From positions 2,786 to 66,785 of the forward strand of contig CAYVNG010000001.1 in the NCBI GenBank assembly GCA_964452875.1: a DNA stretch of 64,000 bases. The letters are read 5' to 3'. Position numbers and translations under genes: made by a program. The stretch comes from an uncultured Candidatus Saccharibacteria bacterium (GTDB taxonomy: Bacteria > Patescibacteriota > Minisyncoccia > Minisyncoccales > CAYVNG01). Within the stretch, counting starts at the first letter, position 1. Each line of letters opens with the position of its first letter. Positions 1-9,034 of this stretch are shown piece by piece. Below the pieces are notes generated by a model. That model searched no databases. It was not told the DNA's origin and worked only from the letters and a program-made list of their open reading frames with translations.

Positions 1-492
1 TAAGATAAGCTCCTTGATCTTTCTTGAAATAGTCTTGTCTAAAGTCAAGAAAGAAGACCTTATAAGCTGCTGGCTCAAGGTCGAGCCTCCGTATTTCGGT
101 TCTTGGATGACCAAGTCCAGCAAGACCGCCCTGATTATCCCTTTGAAATCCACCCCATAATGGGAATAGAAATTCGCGTCTTCGGTAGCCACTACGGCCT
201 GCTGAAGATATTTCGGTATCTCTTCCAGATTTACCAGTTCTCTTTTTTCTTCACCGTATATTCGATAGAGGAGGGTCTTCCCTGTCCTATCGTATATCTC
301 CGTTGGCTGGATCATTTGTTTTTCCGTGAATTTTTCCGGCCTGGGCAGGTCTTTGGCGTAATATAAGAAAACAAAGAAAGCGGCGGTAACGCCGGCAGAA
401 AGGAGGAGAAACAGGACTTTCAGCACTTTTTTAACGCTTTTTGCCCTTTTTCCCTCCTTGAAGATTTTTCTGTTGTTTTTTATCCTTACCAT
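1..492 (-). CDS. Penicillin-binding protein 1A family transglycosylase/transpeptidase, N-terminal part (runs off window start)
   Basis: Hand translation from ATG 492: MVRIKNNRK..., TM helix VLFLLLSAGVTAAFFVFLYY, then KDLP...TEIYDRTGK...LQQAVVATEDANFYSHYGVD...GGSTLSQQL (GT51 motifs). Not in the ORF track because the stop is outside the window. Confidence 0.9.
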   Translation of the reverse strand, partial: MVRIKNNRKIFKEGKRAKSVKKVLKVLFLLLSAGVTAAFFVFLYYAKDLPRPEKFTEKQMIQPTEIYDRTGKTLLYRIYGEEKRELVNLEEIPKYLQQAVVATEDANFYSHYGVDFKGIIRAVLLDLVIQEPKYGGSTLSQQLIRSSFLTLDKTISRKIKELIL

Positions 493-571
493 TTCCGTTA
501 TTGGTTATTTATAATAATAAAAATCCAAGTGATTGGCAAGCCAGCTATTTTCTGTTAAAATCATGGAAAAC

Positions 572-1768
572 ATGGGGATCAGTAATGATTCTGAAAAAAT
601 ACAGCAGGCCCTGAGCAGGGGAGTGGAAAATGTGATAGATGGGCAACATTTGAAATCCCGGATGGAAAACAAGGAAAAACTGAGGATCAAATTGGGGATC
701 GATCCTACCGGGCCCAAGATTCACATCGGGAGAGCCACCCAGCTTTTGAAGCTCAAAGAATTCCAGGATTTGGGGCATCAGATCGTTTTTATAATAGGCG
801 ACTTCACCGCCCAGATAGGGGACGCTTCTGATAAGAAGGCCATGAGAAGGGCTTTGACTAAAGAAGAGGTCAGGAAGAATATGAAAGACTATCTCTCCCA
901 GGTCGGAAAGATTTTGGATATCAGGAAGGTTGAAGTGCACAAAAACAGCGAATGGCTTTCGAAGCTCAGCGCTAAGGATCTGATGTCTTTATCCATGAGT
1001 TTTACCGCCCAGCAGATGATCCAGAGGAGGAATTTTAAGGAAAGGTGGGAAGAAGGAATACCCATAGGTCTGCATGAACTGCATTACCCTCTTTTCCAGG
1101 GATATGATTCGGTCGCGATCAAGGCGGATGTTGAGATAGGGGGATTCGACCAACTTTTCAATCTGAAAATAGGCAGGGAAATGCAAAAAATGTCCGACCA
1201 GCAGCCCCAGGATATCATGGCTCTGAAAATGCTTTCCGGGACAGACGGGAGGAAAATGTCCACCAGCTGGGGGAATGTGATAAATATAACCGATAAGGCA
1301 GAAGACATGTTCGGGAAGCTGATGTCTATGAAGGATGAACTGATTCTGAATTATTTTGAGCTTTGCACAAGGATTCCCCAGAAAGAATTGGAAGAGATCA
1401 AAGCATCTCTTGAAGAGAAGAAGATTAACCCCAAGGATTTGAAAGAACGACTGGCAGAAGAAATAGTGGGGATTTACCACGGCAAGAAAATGGCCAAAGA
1501 TGCAAAGCAGGAGTTTGAAAGGGTTTTCAAAGAAAAGAAGAATCCGAACGTCATCCCAGAAGAGAGGGTCTCTGAAAAGGAAATAAATATATTGGATCTG
1601 CTGGTTAAGACGAAGCTGACTTTGTCGAAAACCGAAGCAAAAAGGCTCGTTCTCCAAAAGGCGGTTGAAATAGACGGCAAAGTCAAGAGCGACTGGAAAG
1701 AAACGGTCAGTCCCGAAAAAGGCATGGTCCTCAAGGCAGGGAAGAGGAGATTTGTCAAAATATCCTGA
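572..1768 (+). CDS. tyrS: Tyrosine--tRNA ligase
   Basis: GIDPTG..IHIG (HIGH), KMSTS (KMSKS), C-terminal S4-like domain. Start placed at ATG 572 after TG-n-TAAAAT at 553-561; ORF track starts at 533. Confidence 0.95.
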   Translation: MGISNDSEKIQQALSRGVENVIDGQHLKSRMENKEKLRIKLGIDPTGPKIHIGRATQLLKLKEFQDLGHQIVFIIGDFTAQIGDASDKKAMRRALTKEEVRKNMKDYLSQVGKILDIRKVEVHKNSEWLSKLSAKDLMSLSMSFTAQQMIQRRNFKERWEEGIPIGLHELHYPLFQGYDSVAIKADVEIGGFDQLFNLKIGREMQKMSDQQPQDIMALKMLSGTDGRKMSTSWGNVINITDKAEDMFGKLMSMKDELILNYFELCTRIPQKELEEIKASLEEKKINPKDLKERLAEEIVGIYHGKKMAKDAKQEFERVFKEKKNPNVIPEERVSEKEINILDLLVKTKLTLSKTEAKRLVLQKAVEIDGKVKSDWKETVSPEKGMVLKAGKRRFVKIS

Positions 1769-1770
1769 AC

Positions 1771-1804
1771 AAACCAAAAACCCCTATAAGGGGGTTTTTG
1801 GTTT
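1771..1804. terminator. Bidirectional intrinsic terminator
   Basis: aaaccaaaaacccc-tataag-ggggtttttggttt, between convergent tyrS and the acidic small ORF. Confidence 0.85.
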
Positions 1805-1814
1805 GAAAAGGAAG

Positions 1815-1913
1815 CTATATAGTTTCTTCCTCTTCGGTTTCTTCCTCTTCAGTGGTTTCCTCGGTTTCTTCTGCCGGGGTCTCTTCTTCTTGGCTTGTGA
1901 ATGGTTTTATCAT
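1815..1913 (-). CDS. 32-aa highly acidic peptide MIKPFTSQEEETPAEETEETTEEEETEEEETI
   Basis: ATG..TAG ORF lying between its own promoter (2013-2040) and the terminator; hand translated. Confidence 0.6.
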   Translation of the reverse strand: MIKPFTSQEEETPAEETEETTEEEETEEEETI

Positions 1914-2012
1914 GGTTATAGACTTGTTTTTCTATTAGGTTTTTTCGACCTTTTCCCGCCTCTATCTAGAAAGAAATCCTGCTTTAATGGCGGGATTATG
2001 TCTACACGGGGT

Positions 2013-2040
2013 AGTATAGACGATTCTAGGGATTTGTCAA
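2013..2040 (-). promoter_or_regulatory. sigma70 promoter TTGACA-16-TATACT
   Basis: tgtcaa at 2035-2040 and agtata at 2013-2018 on the + strand. Confidence 0.7.
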
Positions 2041-2050
2041 CCCCTTTGAC

Positions 2051-2536
2051 CTATTTTACGAAGTTCGAGCCGCAAATGCAGACAGCCAGGGCGTCTGCCG
2101 CGTCGTCTGGTTTTGGTATTTTTTCCAGGCCGAGAATCATCTTCACCATGTACTGGACCTGTTTTTTTTCCGCCCTTCCGAAGCCGGTGACCGATATTTT
2201 AATCTGGGGAGGGGTGAATTCGAGGATCGGGATCTTCTTTTTCGCCGCTTCCAGCAGAATGACGCCCTTGGCCTGGCTTACGGGCATGGCCGTTTTTAGG
2301 TTTTTGAAGAAATACAGCTTTTCTATCGCCAGGACGTCAGGTTCGTGCTTTTTAAGTATTTTTAGCAGTCCTTTCTGAAGACATACCAGCCTCTCTGCAT
2401 CTGAAAAAGAGGGGCTGGTTCGAATGTAGCCGCATTCTATGTATCTCAGTCCGTTCTTTGATTTAAGACCTCCGGCCTTTTCTATCACCCCGTATCCGGT
2501 GATGGCCGTGCCAGGATCAATGCCGAGTATAATCAT
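2051..2536 (-). CDS. ruvC: Holliday junction resolvase RuvC
   Basis: ILGIDPG...GYGVI, AIEKLYF, KPDDAADALA. Confidence 0.97.
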   Translation of the reverse strand: MIILGIDPGTAITGYGVIEKAGGLKSKNGLRYIECGYIRTSPSFSDAERLVCLQKGLLKILKKHEPDVLAIEKLYFFKNLKTAMPVSQAKGVILLEAAKKKIPILEFTPPQIKISVTGFGRAEKKQVQYMVKMILGLEKIPKPDDAADALAVCICGSNFVK

Positions 2537-2539
2537 AAA

Positions 2540-3280
2540 TCACTCTTCGGTTTCGAAATTGGAAAACACGTCCTGGATTGAATCGTTTTCGTCCAGGGCT
2601 TCAAAGAGGCTCTGACATTCTTCCAAGATTTCCTTGTTTATCTTAATCCTTTCTTTGGAAACCCAGCTCAAATATGCGGAATCTGTCTCAACTCCCTTTT
2701 CTTCCAGGGTCTTTTTGATTTTGTCCAGGTCTTCAGGCTTCGTATAGATAAAAAGCGTGTCAGCCTCCCATTCCAGGTCTTCAGGGCCGCTTTCAATGGC
2801 GGCCATTTCCAGTTTTTCTTTGTTTTTCAGGCTTTCTGATTGAGAATCAAGTTTGGCTACCAAGCATCCTTTTTGCTCGAACATCCATCGGACTGCTCCC
2901 TCTGACACCAGCTTTCCTTTCTTGGCCGACAATATCTGCTTGATTTCTCCTAAGGTCCTTTTCATATTATCGGTGATGCCTTCAATTATCAAAGCCGTGC
3001 CTCCCGGCCCGCAGGCTTCGAAGCTGAATTGCTCAAGCTTTTCTCCTTCCAGCTCTCCTGTCCCTTTTTTGATGGCCCTTTCAATATTATCCTTGGGCAT
3101 GTTGATCTTTTTTGCCTGCTCCATGGCGATCCTTAAAGAAGGGTTTGTCTCAGGATCGCCTCCTTTTTCGGATGCGGCTATGGACAGCTGGCGAGAAAGC
3201 CTGGAGAACATTTTTGATCTTTTCGCGTCGCTGGCCTCCTTCTTGTGTTTGATTGTCGAGAAATGGCTATGTCCGCTCAT
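2540..3280 (-). CDS. yebC: YebC/PmpR family protein
   Basis: MSGHSHFSTIKHKK, GGDPETNPSLR, MPKDNIERAI; typical position next to ruvC. Confidence 0.95.
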   Translation of the reverse strand: MSGHSHFSTIKHKKEASDAKRSKMFSRLSRQLSIAASEKGGDPETNPSLRIAMEQAKKINMPKDNIERAIKKGTGELEGEKLEQFSFEACGPGGTALIIEGITDNMKRTLGEIKQILSAKKGKLVSEGAVRWMFEQKGCLVAKLDSQSESLKNKEKLEMAAIESGPEDLEWEADTLFIYTKPEDLDKIKKTLEEKGVETDSAYLSWVSKERIKINKEILEECQSLFEALDENDSIQDVFSNFETEE

Positions 3281-3971
3281 ATGTTTTATTATATTCTTTT
3301 TTTACCTCTTTTTTAAGCAAGAATATCGTCGCGCAAGAGAACAGCGCGGTTCCCGCTGCTATGGCCGGAATGGGCGGGGGGTCTTCAGGATAGACGTTTT
3401 CAGAGAATGAAGCTTCCTCCTGAGAGAGAAACGATTCCTGCTTGCTGTTTTTGTCTTTCGGCGTTCCTCCCTGATCCCGGCTGCTCTGCCAACTTCCAGG
3501 GATGTTCGGGGAAGCGGAATAGTCTTTTCTCTCCATAGTCAGTTTTCCTTCGTTGCTGCCCGCAAACCATCCTCCAGAACAGTCGATTTCTTCGACCAGT
3601 CCAGAAAGAGGGTCGAATATCTGCATTTTTGTCCCGTTATTCTTCAACGAGCCTTTGTATATCTGGTCGGCTGCAGCTTCTGGTAATGTGTCTTCGTCAG
3701 TCCTTTCTAACAGATAGAAAGAGTGAGGGAGGATCGTTCCTTCCAGAAATATTTTGCTTTCCCCGAGCTGTAAATACCACCCTTCCAGGGACAGGGGGTC
3801 ATCCCCGGCGTTGTACAGCTCTATCCATTCATCCGCAGAAGACAGGGACGTCCCCATCCAGGCGATTTCGCTTATCTTTAAAAAATTGGTTTCCTTGCAA
3901 AAAGCAAAATGGGCCGAAATCATTCCGGCCGCAGTCAGACATATGATGCAAAGTTTGTTGAATGGGCTCAT
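3267..3971 (-). CDS. Secreted/membrane-anchored lamin-tail-domain protein
   Basis: Signal peptide, ISEIAWMG...DEWIELYN...LEGW, GTP, C-terminal TM segment. Confidence 0.75.
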   Translation of the reverse strand: MSPFNKLCIICLTAAGMISAHFAFCKETNFLKISEIAWMGTSLSSADEWIELYNAGDDPLSLEGWYLQLGESKIFLEGTILPHSFYLLERTDEDTLPEAAADQIYKGSLKNNGTKMQIFDPLSGLVEEIDCSGGWFAGSNEGKLTMERKDYSASPNIPGSWQSSRDQGGTPKDKNSKQESFLSQEEASFSENVYPEDPPPIPAIAAGTALFSCATIFLLKKEVKKEYNKTYERT

Positions 3972-3979
3972 GGTAGGAA

Positions 3980-5011
3980 TTACAGGAAAAGCTGCTTATC
4001 TTGATATTTCATCCCCATATGCTGGTAGGCCAGCCTTGTCGCCATCCTTCCTTTCGGAGTCCTTTCAATAAGGCCGAGTTGCAAGAGATATGGCTCGTAA
4101 ATATCCAGGATGGTCCCTTCTTCTTCCGCAGTCGCCGCTACCAGGGTCTTAATCCCCACTGGGCCCCCTTCGAACTTTTTAATGATGGTAGACAGGACTT
4201 TTCTGTCCCCGTTTTCCAGACCGAGAACGTCGATTTCCAAGAAATTCAATGCTTCTTCGGCCGCTTCGGCAGTTATTGTCTTTTTTCCTTCAACCTGCGA
4301 AAAATCCCTCACCCTTTTCAAAAGTCGGTTGGCGATCCTCGGGGTGAATCTGGATCTTGAAGCTATAATCTCCACGGCTTCGGACTCTATCTCCACTCCC
4401 AGTATGACAGCCGATCTTTTGATTATTTTTTCCAAATCCTCTTTTTCGTAGAAATTAAGATGAAAAGTCGCACCGAACCTGTTTCTTAGGGGGGAGGAGA
4501 TCAAAGATATTCTGGTGGTGGCCCCAACTAAGGTAAAGTGAGGGATTTTGAGCTCCATTGTCCTTGCCATTGGCCCTTTTCCTATTATCAGATTCAACTT
4601 GAAGTCTTCCATCACCGGATAGATTATTTCCTCGCAGAGTTTGTTCATCCTGTGAAGCTCGTCTATGAATAGGATGTCTCCTTCCGACAGATTGGTCAGG
4701 ATGGCTGCCAGATCTCCCGCCTTTTCTATGGCCGGTCCTGAAGTCACCTTCATATTCGCTCCCGACTCTTTAGCCACCAGGTAAGCCAAGGTTGTTTTGC
4801 CGAGCCCCGCGTTCCCGTAAAAAAGAAGATGCTCTGGGACCTCTTTCCTCTGTTTAGCGGCTTCGATTATGACACTCAGATTCTTCTTAACCTTTTCCTG
4901 TCCCACGTATTCCTGCCACGACTGAGGTCGCAAGGCCGAATCCAAATTTTCCTCTTCAAGGGAAAGAGGTCCTTCGGGGTCGCTGTTTGTCTGGAATCTT
5001 GACAAAGACAT
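3980..5011 (-). CDS. ruvB: Holliday junction branch migration helicase RuvB
   Basis: LRPQSWQEYVGQ, GLGKTT, FIDELHR, LVGATTR, YEPYLLQ. Confidence 0.97.
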   Translation of the reverse strand: MSLSRFQTNSDPEGPLSLEEENLDSALRPQSWQEYVGQEKVKKNLSVIIEAAKQRKEVPEHLLFYGNAGLGKTTLAYLVAKESGANMKVTSGPAIEKAGDLAAILTNLSEGDILFIDELHRMNKLCEEIIYPVMEDFKLNLIIGKGPMARTMELKIPHFTLVGATTRISLISSPLRNRFGATFHLNFYEKEDLEKIIKRSAVILGVEIESEAVEIIASRSRFTPRIANRLLKRVRDFSQVEGKKTITAEAAEEALNFLEIDVLGLENGDRKVLSTIIKKFEGGPVGIKTLVAATAEEEGTILDIYEPYLLQLGLIERTPKGRMATRLAYQHMGMKYQDKQLFL

Positions 5012-5027
5012 AATAGTTTGATATAAT
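4999..5027 (+). promoter_or_regulatory. Perfect sigma70 promoter TTGACA-17-TATAAT with extended -10 TG
   Basis: ttgaca 4999-5004, tataat 5022-5027; points away from ruvB into a structured non-coding region. Confidence 0.8.
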
Positions 5028-5033
5028 AAGTCG

Positions 5034-5205
5034 TCTGTATTGTAAGCGAAATATAGTTGTTCCGGAGCTGGGGGATAGGATTTTTTCTTAGTTTTTGGAT
5101 GGTCTGGGTTTCACCGAGACCTCTCCTCGGAAAAAAGTCCAAACTTTATGTTCCCAAGCTAAAGCATTCCCCCCAGCTCCGGGTCCGTTATATTTCGCTT
5201 ACTCT
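5034..5205 (+). ncRNA. Candidate structured ncRNA (~170 nt rod; 6S-like or novel)
   Basis: 33-bp in-register helix 5042-5074/5170-5202; G-U pairs work only on the + strand; consensus promoter upstream; no credible ORF. Confidence 0.65.
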
Positions 5206-6456
5206 TTCCACCTCTTCGATGGTGGTCATTTTTTTAAGGACTTTTATCATCCCGTCCTGTCCCATTGTCACCATCCCTCTTTCGACGGATTTTTCCCGCA
5301 GGGCTGCGATCGAAGGATTGGTCAAAATAAATTTTTCAGCTTCGTCGTCCATAAGGAAAGATTCGAATATTCCCACCCTGCCCTGATATCCTGTGTTGTT
5401 GCAGTATTTGCACCCCTTGGCCTTGGGGATTCTCAAAGATGAATCCAAGACTGGGAGGTGTATTGTCTTCAGAAGGGGAGACAGGATTTTTTTTATCTTT
5501 TCCAGTTCTTCTAGAGTAGGCTTTTCCATAACGCCGCATTTTTCGCATATCTTCCTTACCAGTCTCTGGGCCACGATAACGTTTATGGCCGGCCCGAGAT
5601 TCATTGGATTCGCCCCTAGGCTTATCATTCTCGCTATCGTCCCGGCAGCGTCGTTTGTATGAAGAGTCGAAAATACGAGGTGCCCTGTCAGGGCCGCCTG
5701 GATCGCTATTTTAGCGGTTTCCCCGTCCCTGATCTCTCCTACCAAGATGACGTCAGGATCCTGGCGCATTATGGACTTCAGCCCGGAAGCGAAAGTGTAT
5801 CCCTTCGAGGGATTGGTCTGCGTCTGGGTGATGTCTTCTAAATGGTATTCAATCGGGTCTTCAATGGTGATTATTTTTATCCCGGGCTTTTGTATCTTTT
5901 TTAAGAACGCGTAAAGGGTCGTTGTTTTGCCCGAGCCTGTCGGACCGGTGATTATCACCATTCCGTTCGGTTTTTTTATCTCCTTGTCGAAGACGGATAA
6001 AAGGTCGTCTCTAAGCCCCAAATCTTCCATTTTTACTAGCTTCTCTGGATCCAGTATTCTGAGGACGATCGATTCTCCCTCTTCGGAAGGGAGGACGGAT
6101 GTCCTTGCTTCGATCTCCCTTTCTTCCGTTTCAATGGTGAATCTCCCTGATTGGGGCCGGTCAGTCACGTTCAGCTTGGCCTTGGACAGGAACTTCACCC
6201 TTGAAACAATTCCTTTGTAAAGGCTAAGATCCATATCCAGGATGTCATGCAGCAGGCCGTCGATCCTGATCCTCAACCTCACCACTTTTTCCTGAGGCTC
6301 AAAATGAAGGTCGGAAGCTCTTAAGGAAACAGCTCCCCCAAGGATAATTTCCAGCAGTTTCGTGGTCGGGACTTTGAGGTTTTTTTCTATCAGTTTTTTG
6401 AAATCATCGACGCTCTCCGTCCCTTCCGAGAACAATTTGGATATTTTGACTGCCAC
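5188..6456 (-). CDS. GspE/PilB-family type II secretion / type IV pilus ATPase
   Basis: ASDLHFEP, GPTGSGKTTTLY, TIEDPIEY, MRQDPDVILVGEIRD, TGHLVFSTLHTN, CxxC..CxxC. Confidence 0.93.
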   Translation of the reverse strand: MAVKISKLFSEGTESVDDFKKLIEKNLKVPTTKLLEIILGGAVSLRASDLHFEPQEKVVRLRIRIDGLLHDILDMDLSLYKGIVSRVKFLSKAKLNVTDRPQSGRFTIETEEREIEARTSVLPSEEGESIVLRILDPEKLVKMEDLGLRDDLLSVFDKEIKKPNGMVIITGPTGSGKTTTLYAFLKKIQKPGIKIITIEDPIEYHLEDITQTQTNPSKGYTFASGLKSIMRQDPDVILVGEIRDGETAKIAIQAALTGHLVFSTLHTNDAAGTIARMISLGANPMNLGPAINVIVAQRLVRKICEKCGVMEKPTLEELEKIKKILSPLLKTIHLPVLDSSLRIPKAKGCKYCNNTGYQGRVGIFESFLMDDEAEKFILTNPSIAALREKSVERGMVTMGQDGMIKVLKKMTTIEEVERVSEI

Positions 6457-6472
6457 TGCTTTTGTCTTTATG

Positions 6473-7594
6473 TTAAAAATTTTCGATAAATCGCTGGTAT
6501 GCCTTTTCCACGTCTTTTTCCCTGATTAAGAACAGGGCGGTTTTTCCTTTTGAAACGCCTTCGAAACACTGGAGCACTTTTTCTGCCGATCCCTGGCGGG
6601 AAGAATGGAAAATGCCTTTCACTATCGGCGGGGAAGCGTGGCTTTCCCATAGAATAAGGAGGTTCGGCATAAGCTGGCTTCCGAAATTGAATTTCAGCTC
6701 TTTCAGGACTTCGGCCAAATCCTTAGATCCGGCCTGTGAATCCTTGAAGTCGTTCTCCGTGAGCTTGCTGCAGTAAAGCCCTTTTTCCTGGTCGAAGGCC
6801 AGTTTCTTCAAAACCTGGCCGAGTAGCTTTATCTGCGATATCGATTTCGTCTTATATAGGTTCTGAATTATCTTCTGGTGATCGGCTCCCTTTTCGATCA
6901 GCAGGGAAGATATCTCGAAGGTCTTGGGTTTCGCCTTCGGGCTTCTGAAATTTTCCGAAGCCCAGATTAATCCGGCCAGGAGAAAAGTGGCCGAAGTTTT
7001 ATCCAAAAGGCTTTCGTCCAGGGACTTGATCAGCTCGAACGACATCTCCGACAAAGAAGAAGACTTCATGTCCAGAAGGTTCACTTCTCCGAAGTCTTGA
7101 TTTTCCAATGAGTTGTCTATATTCAGGACAGGAGTATCGTAAAAGAGCGAAGGATTGCTGCTGAATTTGTCTCCCAACGTTTCGAAACTGGAGGCGCCGA
7201 CGGTTATCAAGAGATCCGGCCTGCCCTCGTCTCCCTCAAGAAATTTTTGAGAATTGAAGATTAGATCTTTTTCAGATATTCCTTCGCCGGCGGAAGTCAG
7301 ACATATTTTCAGCTCTTTACTGTCCTTTTCATAAGAGACTTCGGAAACGCTTTTTTGCCCGGGTTTTACCGAAATAACCAGCTTGGATTCGGCCAGAAAA
7401 CGGAATTCTCCCGGGATTTTTTCAATAAATAGATTTGCCTTTTTCCCGAGTTTTTTTAAACTATAGAAAAGGGCGGATGCGGCGCAAAAAGCGTCTCCTT
7501 CGATCAGGGAGAGTTCAAAATTGGCCGGGATGAACAAGCTTACGTTTCCGGCCTTGCAGATCAGGTCTTTTGCAGAATCCAATGAATCCGTCAT
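6473..7594 (-). CDS. Degenerate DHH/NrnA-like phosphoesterase
   Basis: GDAFCAA, PVLNIDNSLENQDFGEVN, SSLSE, ATFLLAGL match the NrnA layout, but DHH is replaced by DNS. Confidence 0.7.
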   Translation of the reverse strand: MTDSLDSAKDLICKAGNVSLFIPANFELSLIEGDAFCAASALFYSLKKLGKKANLFIEKIPGEFRFLAESKLVISVKPGQKSVSEVSYEKDSKELKICLTSAGEGISEKDLIFNSQKFLEGDEGRPDLLITVGASSFETLGDKFSSNPSLFYDTPVLNIDNSLENQDFGEVNLLDMKSSSLSEMSFELIKSLDESLLDKTSATFLLAGLIWASENFRSPKAKPKTFEISSLLIEKGADHQKIIQNLYKTKSISQIKLLGQVLKKLAFDQEKGLYCSKLTENDFKDSQAGSKDLAEVLKELKFNFGSQLMPNLLILWESHASPPIVKGIFHSSRQGSAEKVLQCFEGVSKGKTALFLIREKDVEKAYQRFIENF

Positions 7595-7651
7595 TTTTTA
7601 ATTAATTAAGATTAGCTTAGTTTTTAAAAACGGTCAACCCCGGAAAAGAAA

Positions 7652-8119
7652 ATGGAAGATTTTTTAACCCTAGGCGGAGAGCAGACGAAAAAAGCGGGAG
7701 CCCTTTTCGCAAAAAAGATACTGGGAAAGGGTTTTTTTGATAAAAAGACCATTGTCATAGGGCTGACCGGGAATCTCGGGGGAGGGAAGACCACTTTCGT
7801 GCAGGGGTTTGCCAAGGGATTGGGGATAGAAGAAAAAATCCTCAGCCCCACCTTCGTTCTGGCCAGAAGGTTTCTCATTCCGAAAGCCTTGGGTTCCAAA
7901 GCCAGAGCGCTTTATCATATTGACTGCTACAGGATGAAAAATCCAAAAGAGCTGCTGGACATCGGTTTTGAAAAAATGATTTCTGGAGCCGGGAACATCG
8001 TCATAGCGGAATGGGCCGACCGGGTGAAAAAGATATTTCCCAAGGATGCCTTTATGGTCGATTTTCTTTTTTTAGAGGAAAATAAAAGGAGGATAAGAAT
8101 AAAATGGGGAAAGCAGTAA
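7652..8119 (+). CDS. tsaE: tRNA t6A biosynthesis ATPase TsaE
   Basis: GNLGGGKTTF, SPTFVL, HIDCYR, AEWAD. Confidence 0.95.
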   Translation: MEDFLTLGGEQTKKAGALFAKKILGKGFFDKKTIVIGLTGNLGGGKTTFVQGFAKGLGIEEKILSPTFVLARRFLIPKALGSKARALYHIDCYRMKNPKELLDIGFEKMISGAGNIVIAEWADRVKKIFPKDAFMVDFLFLEENKRRIRIKWGKQ

Positions 8120-9021
8120 TATTAGACAGCAATTCGATAATCCATCGCGCGTTCCACGCCTTGCCTCCTTTGACCACGAAAAAAGGTGAGCCGATAAACG
8201 CGGTTTACGGCTTTCTGTTGGTTTTTTTCAAAATAGTAAAGGACATCAGGCCCGATTACGCGGCCGCCTGCTTTGATTTTCCGGCCCCGACTTTCAGGCA
8301 CAAGATGTACGATAAATACAAGGCGAAAAGGCCTCCTGCGCCGGAAAGCCTTTATTCTCAGATTCCCAAGGTGAAAGAAGTTCTCAAATCGTTCAGCGTT
8401 CCCGTTTTCGAGAAGGAAGGTTTTGAGGCGGACGATTTGGTAGGAACCCTGAGCAAGAAGTTTACCCAAAATGTTGAAGCGGTCATAGCTTCCGGAGACC
8501 AGGACGCCCTTCAGATGGTCGATCAAAGAACCAAGCTCTATTTTTTAAGACAGGGGATCAAGAACGTTCTCATATACGACGAAAAGGCGGTGCAGGAAAA
8601 ATACGGCATCGCACCGTCTCAGATGGCTGACTTCAAATCTTTGAGAGGGGATCCTTCAGACAATATTCCAGGAGCTTCCGGGGTGGGAGAGAAGACAGCG
8701 GTCAGTCTCATCAAAGATTTTGGGAGCGTGTCCAATCTTTACAGCCAGATCAGCCAGGGCGGCAAGGAAGCGGAATCGATGAAACCCGGCCTGAAAGCGA
8801 AGCTGATAAAATCAAAGGAAAACGTTTTTTTCAGCAAGCAGCTTGTTGAGATAAACAGGGACGTTCCGATCGATTTTGACTTGGCAGCTTGCCGCTGGGG
8901 AGATTTTAACGTCAAAAAAGCGGAAGAAATGCTGGCTGAATTCGGATTCAAGAGCTTGGCGGAAAGGATTCCTCGGCTTGACGGGAAAAGGGAAATTGGA
9001 GAGAATTTCAAGTTGTGGTAA
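8104..9021 (+). CDS. Stand-alone 5'-3' exonuclease (Pol I N-terminal domain)
   Basis: LDSNSIIHRAFHA, YKAKR, EADD, GDPSDNIPG..GVGEKTA; no polymerase domain. Confidence 0.92.
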   Translation: MGKAVILDSNSIIHRAFHALPPLTTKKGEPINAVYGFLLVFFKIVKDIRPDYAAACFDFPAPTFRHKMYDKYKAKRPPAPESLYSQIPKVKEVLKSFSVPVFEKEGFEADDLVGTLSKKFTQNVEAVIASGDQDALQMVDQRTKLYFLRQGIKNVLIYDEKAVQEKYGIAPSQMADFKSLRGDPSDNIPGASGVGEKTAVSLIKDFGSVSNLYSQISQGGKEAESMKPGLKAKLIKSKENVFFSKQLVEINRDVPIDFDLAACRWGDFNVKKAEEMLAEFGFKSLAERIPRLDGKREIGENFKLW

Positions 9022-9034
9022 AATAGTAAGAGAA

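Noticed and set aside
1818-1890. GAAGAGGAAGAAAC-type short repeats as a CRISPR array or VNTR
   Set aside because: No repeat-spacer periodicity; explained by Glu/Thr codons of the acidic peptide
1752-2378. 208-aa + strand ORF, and the many other ORFs antisense to identified genes
   Set aside because: Shadow frames of well-supported genes; no motifs or start signals
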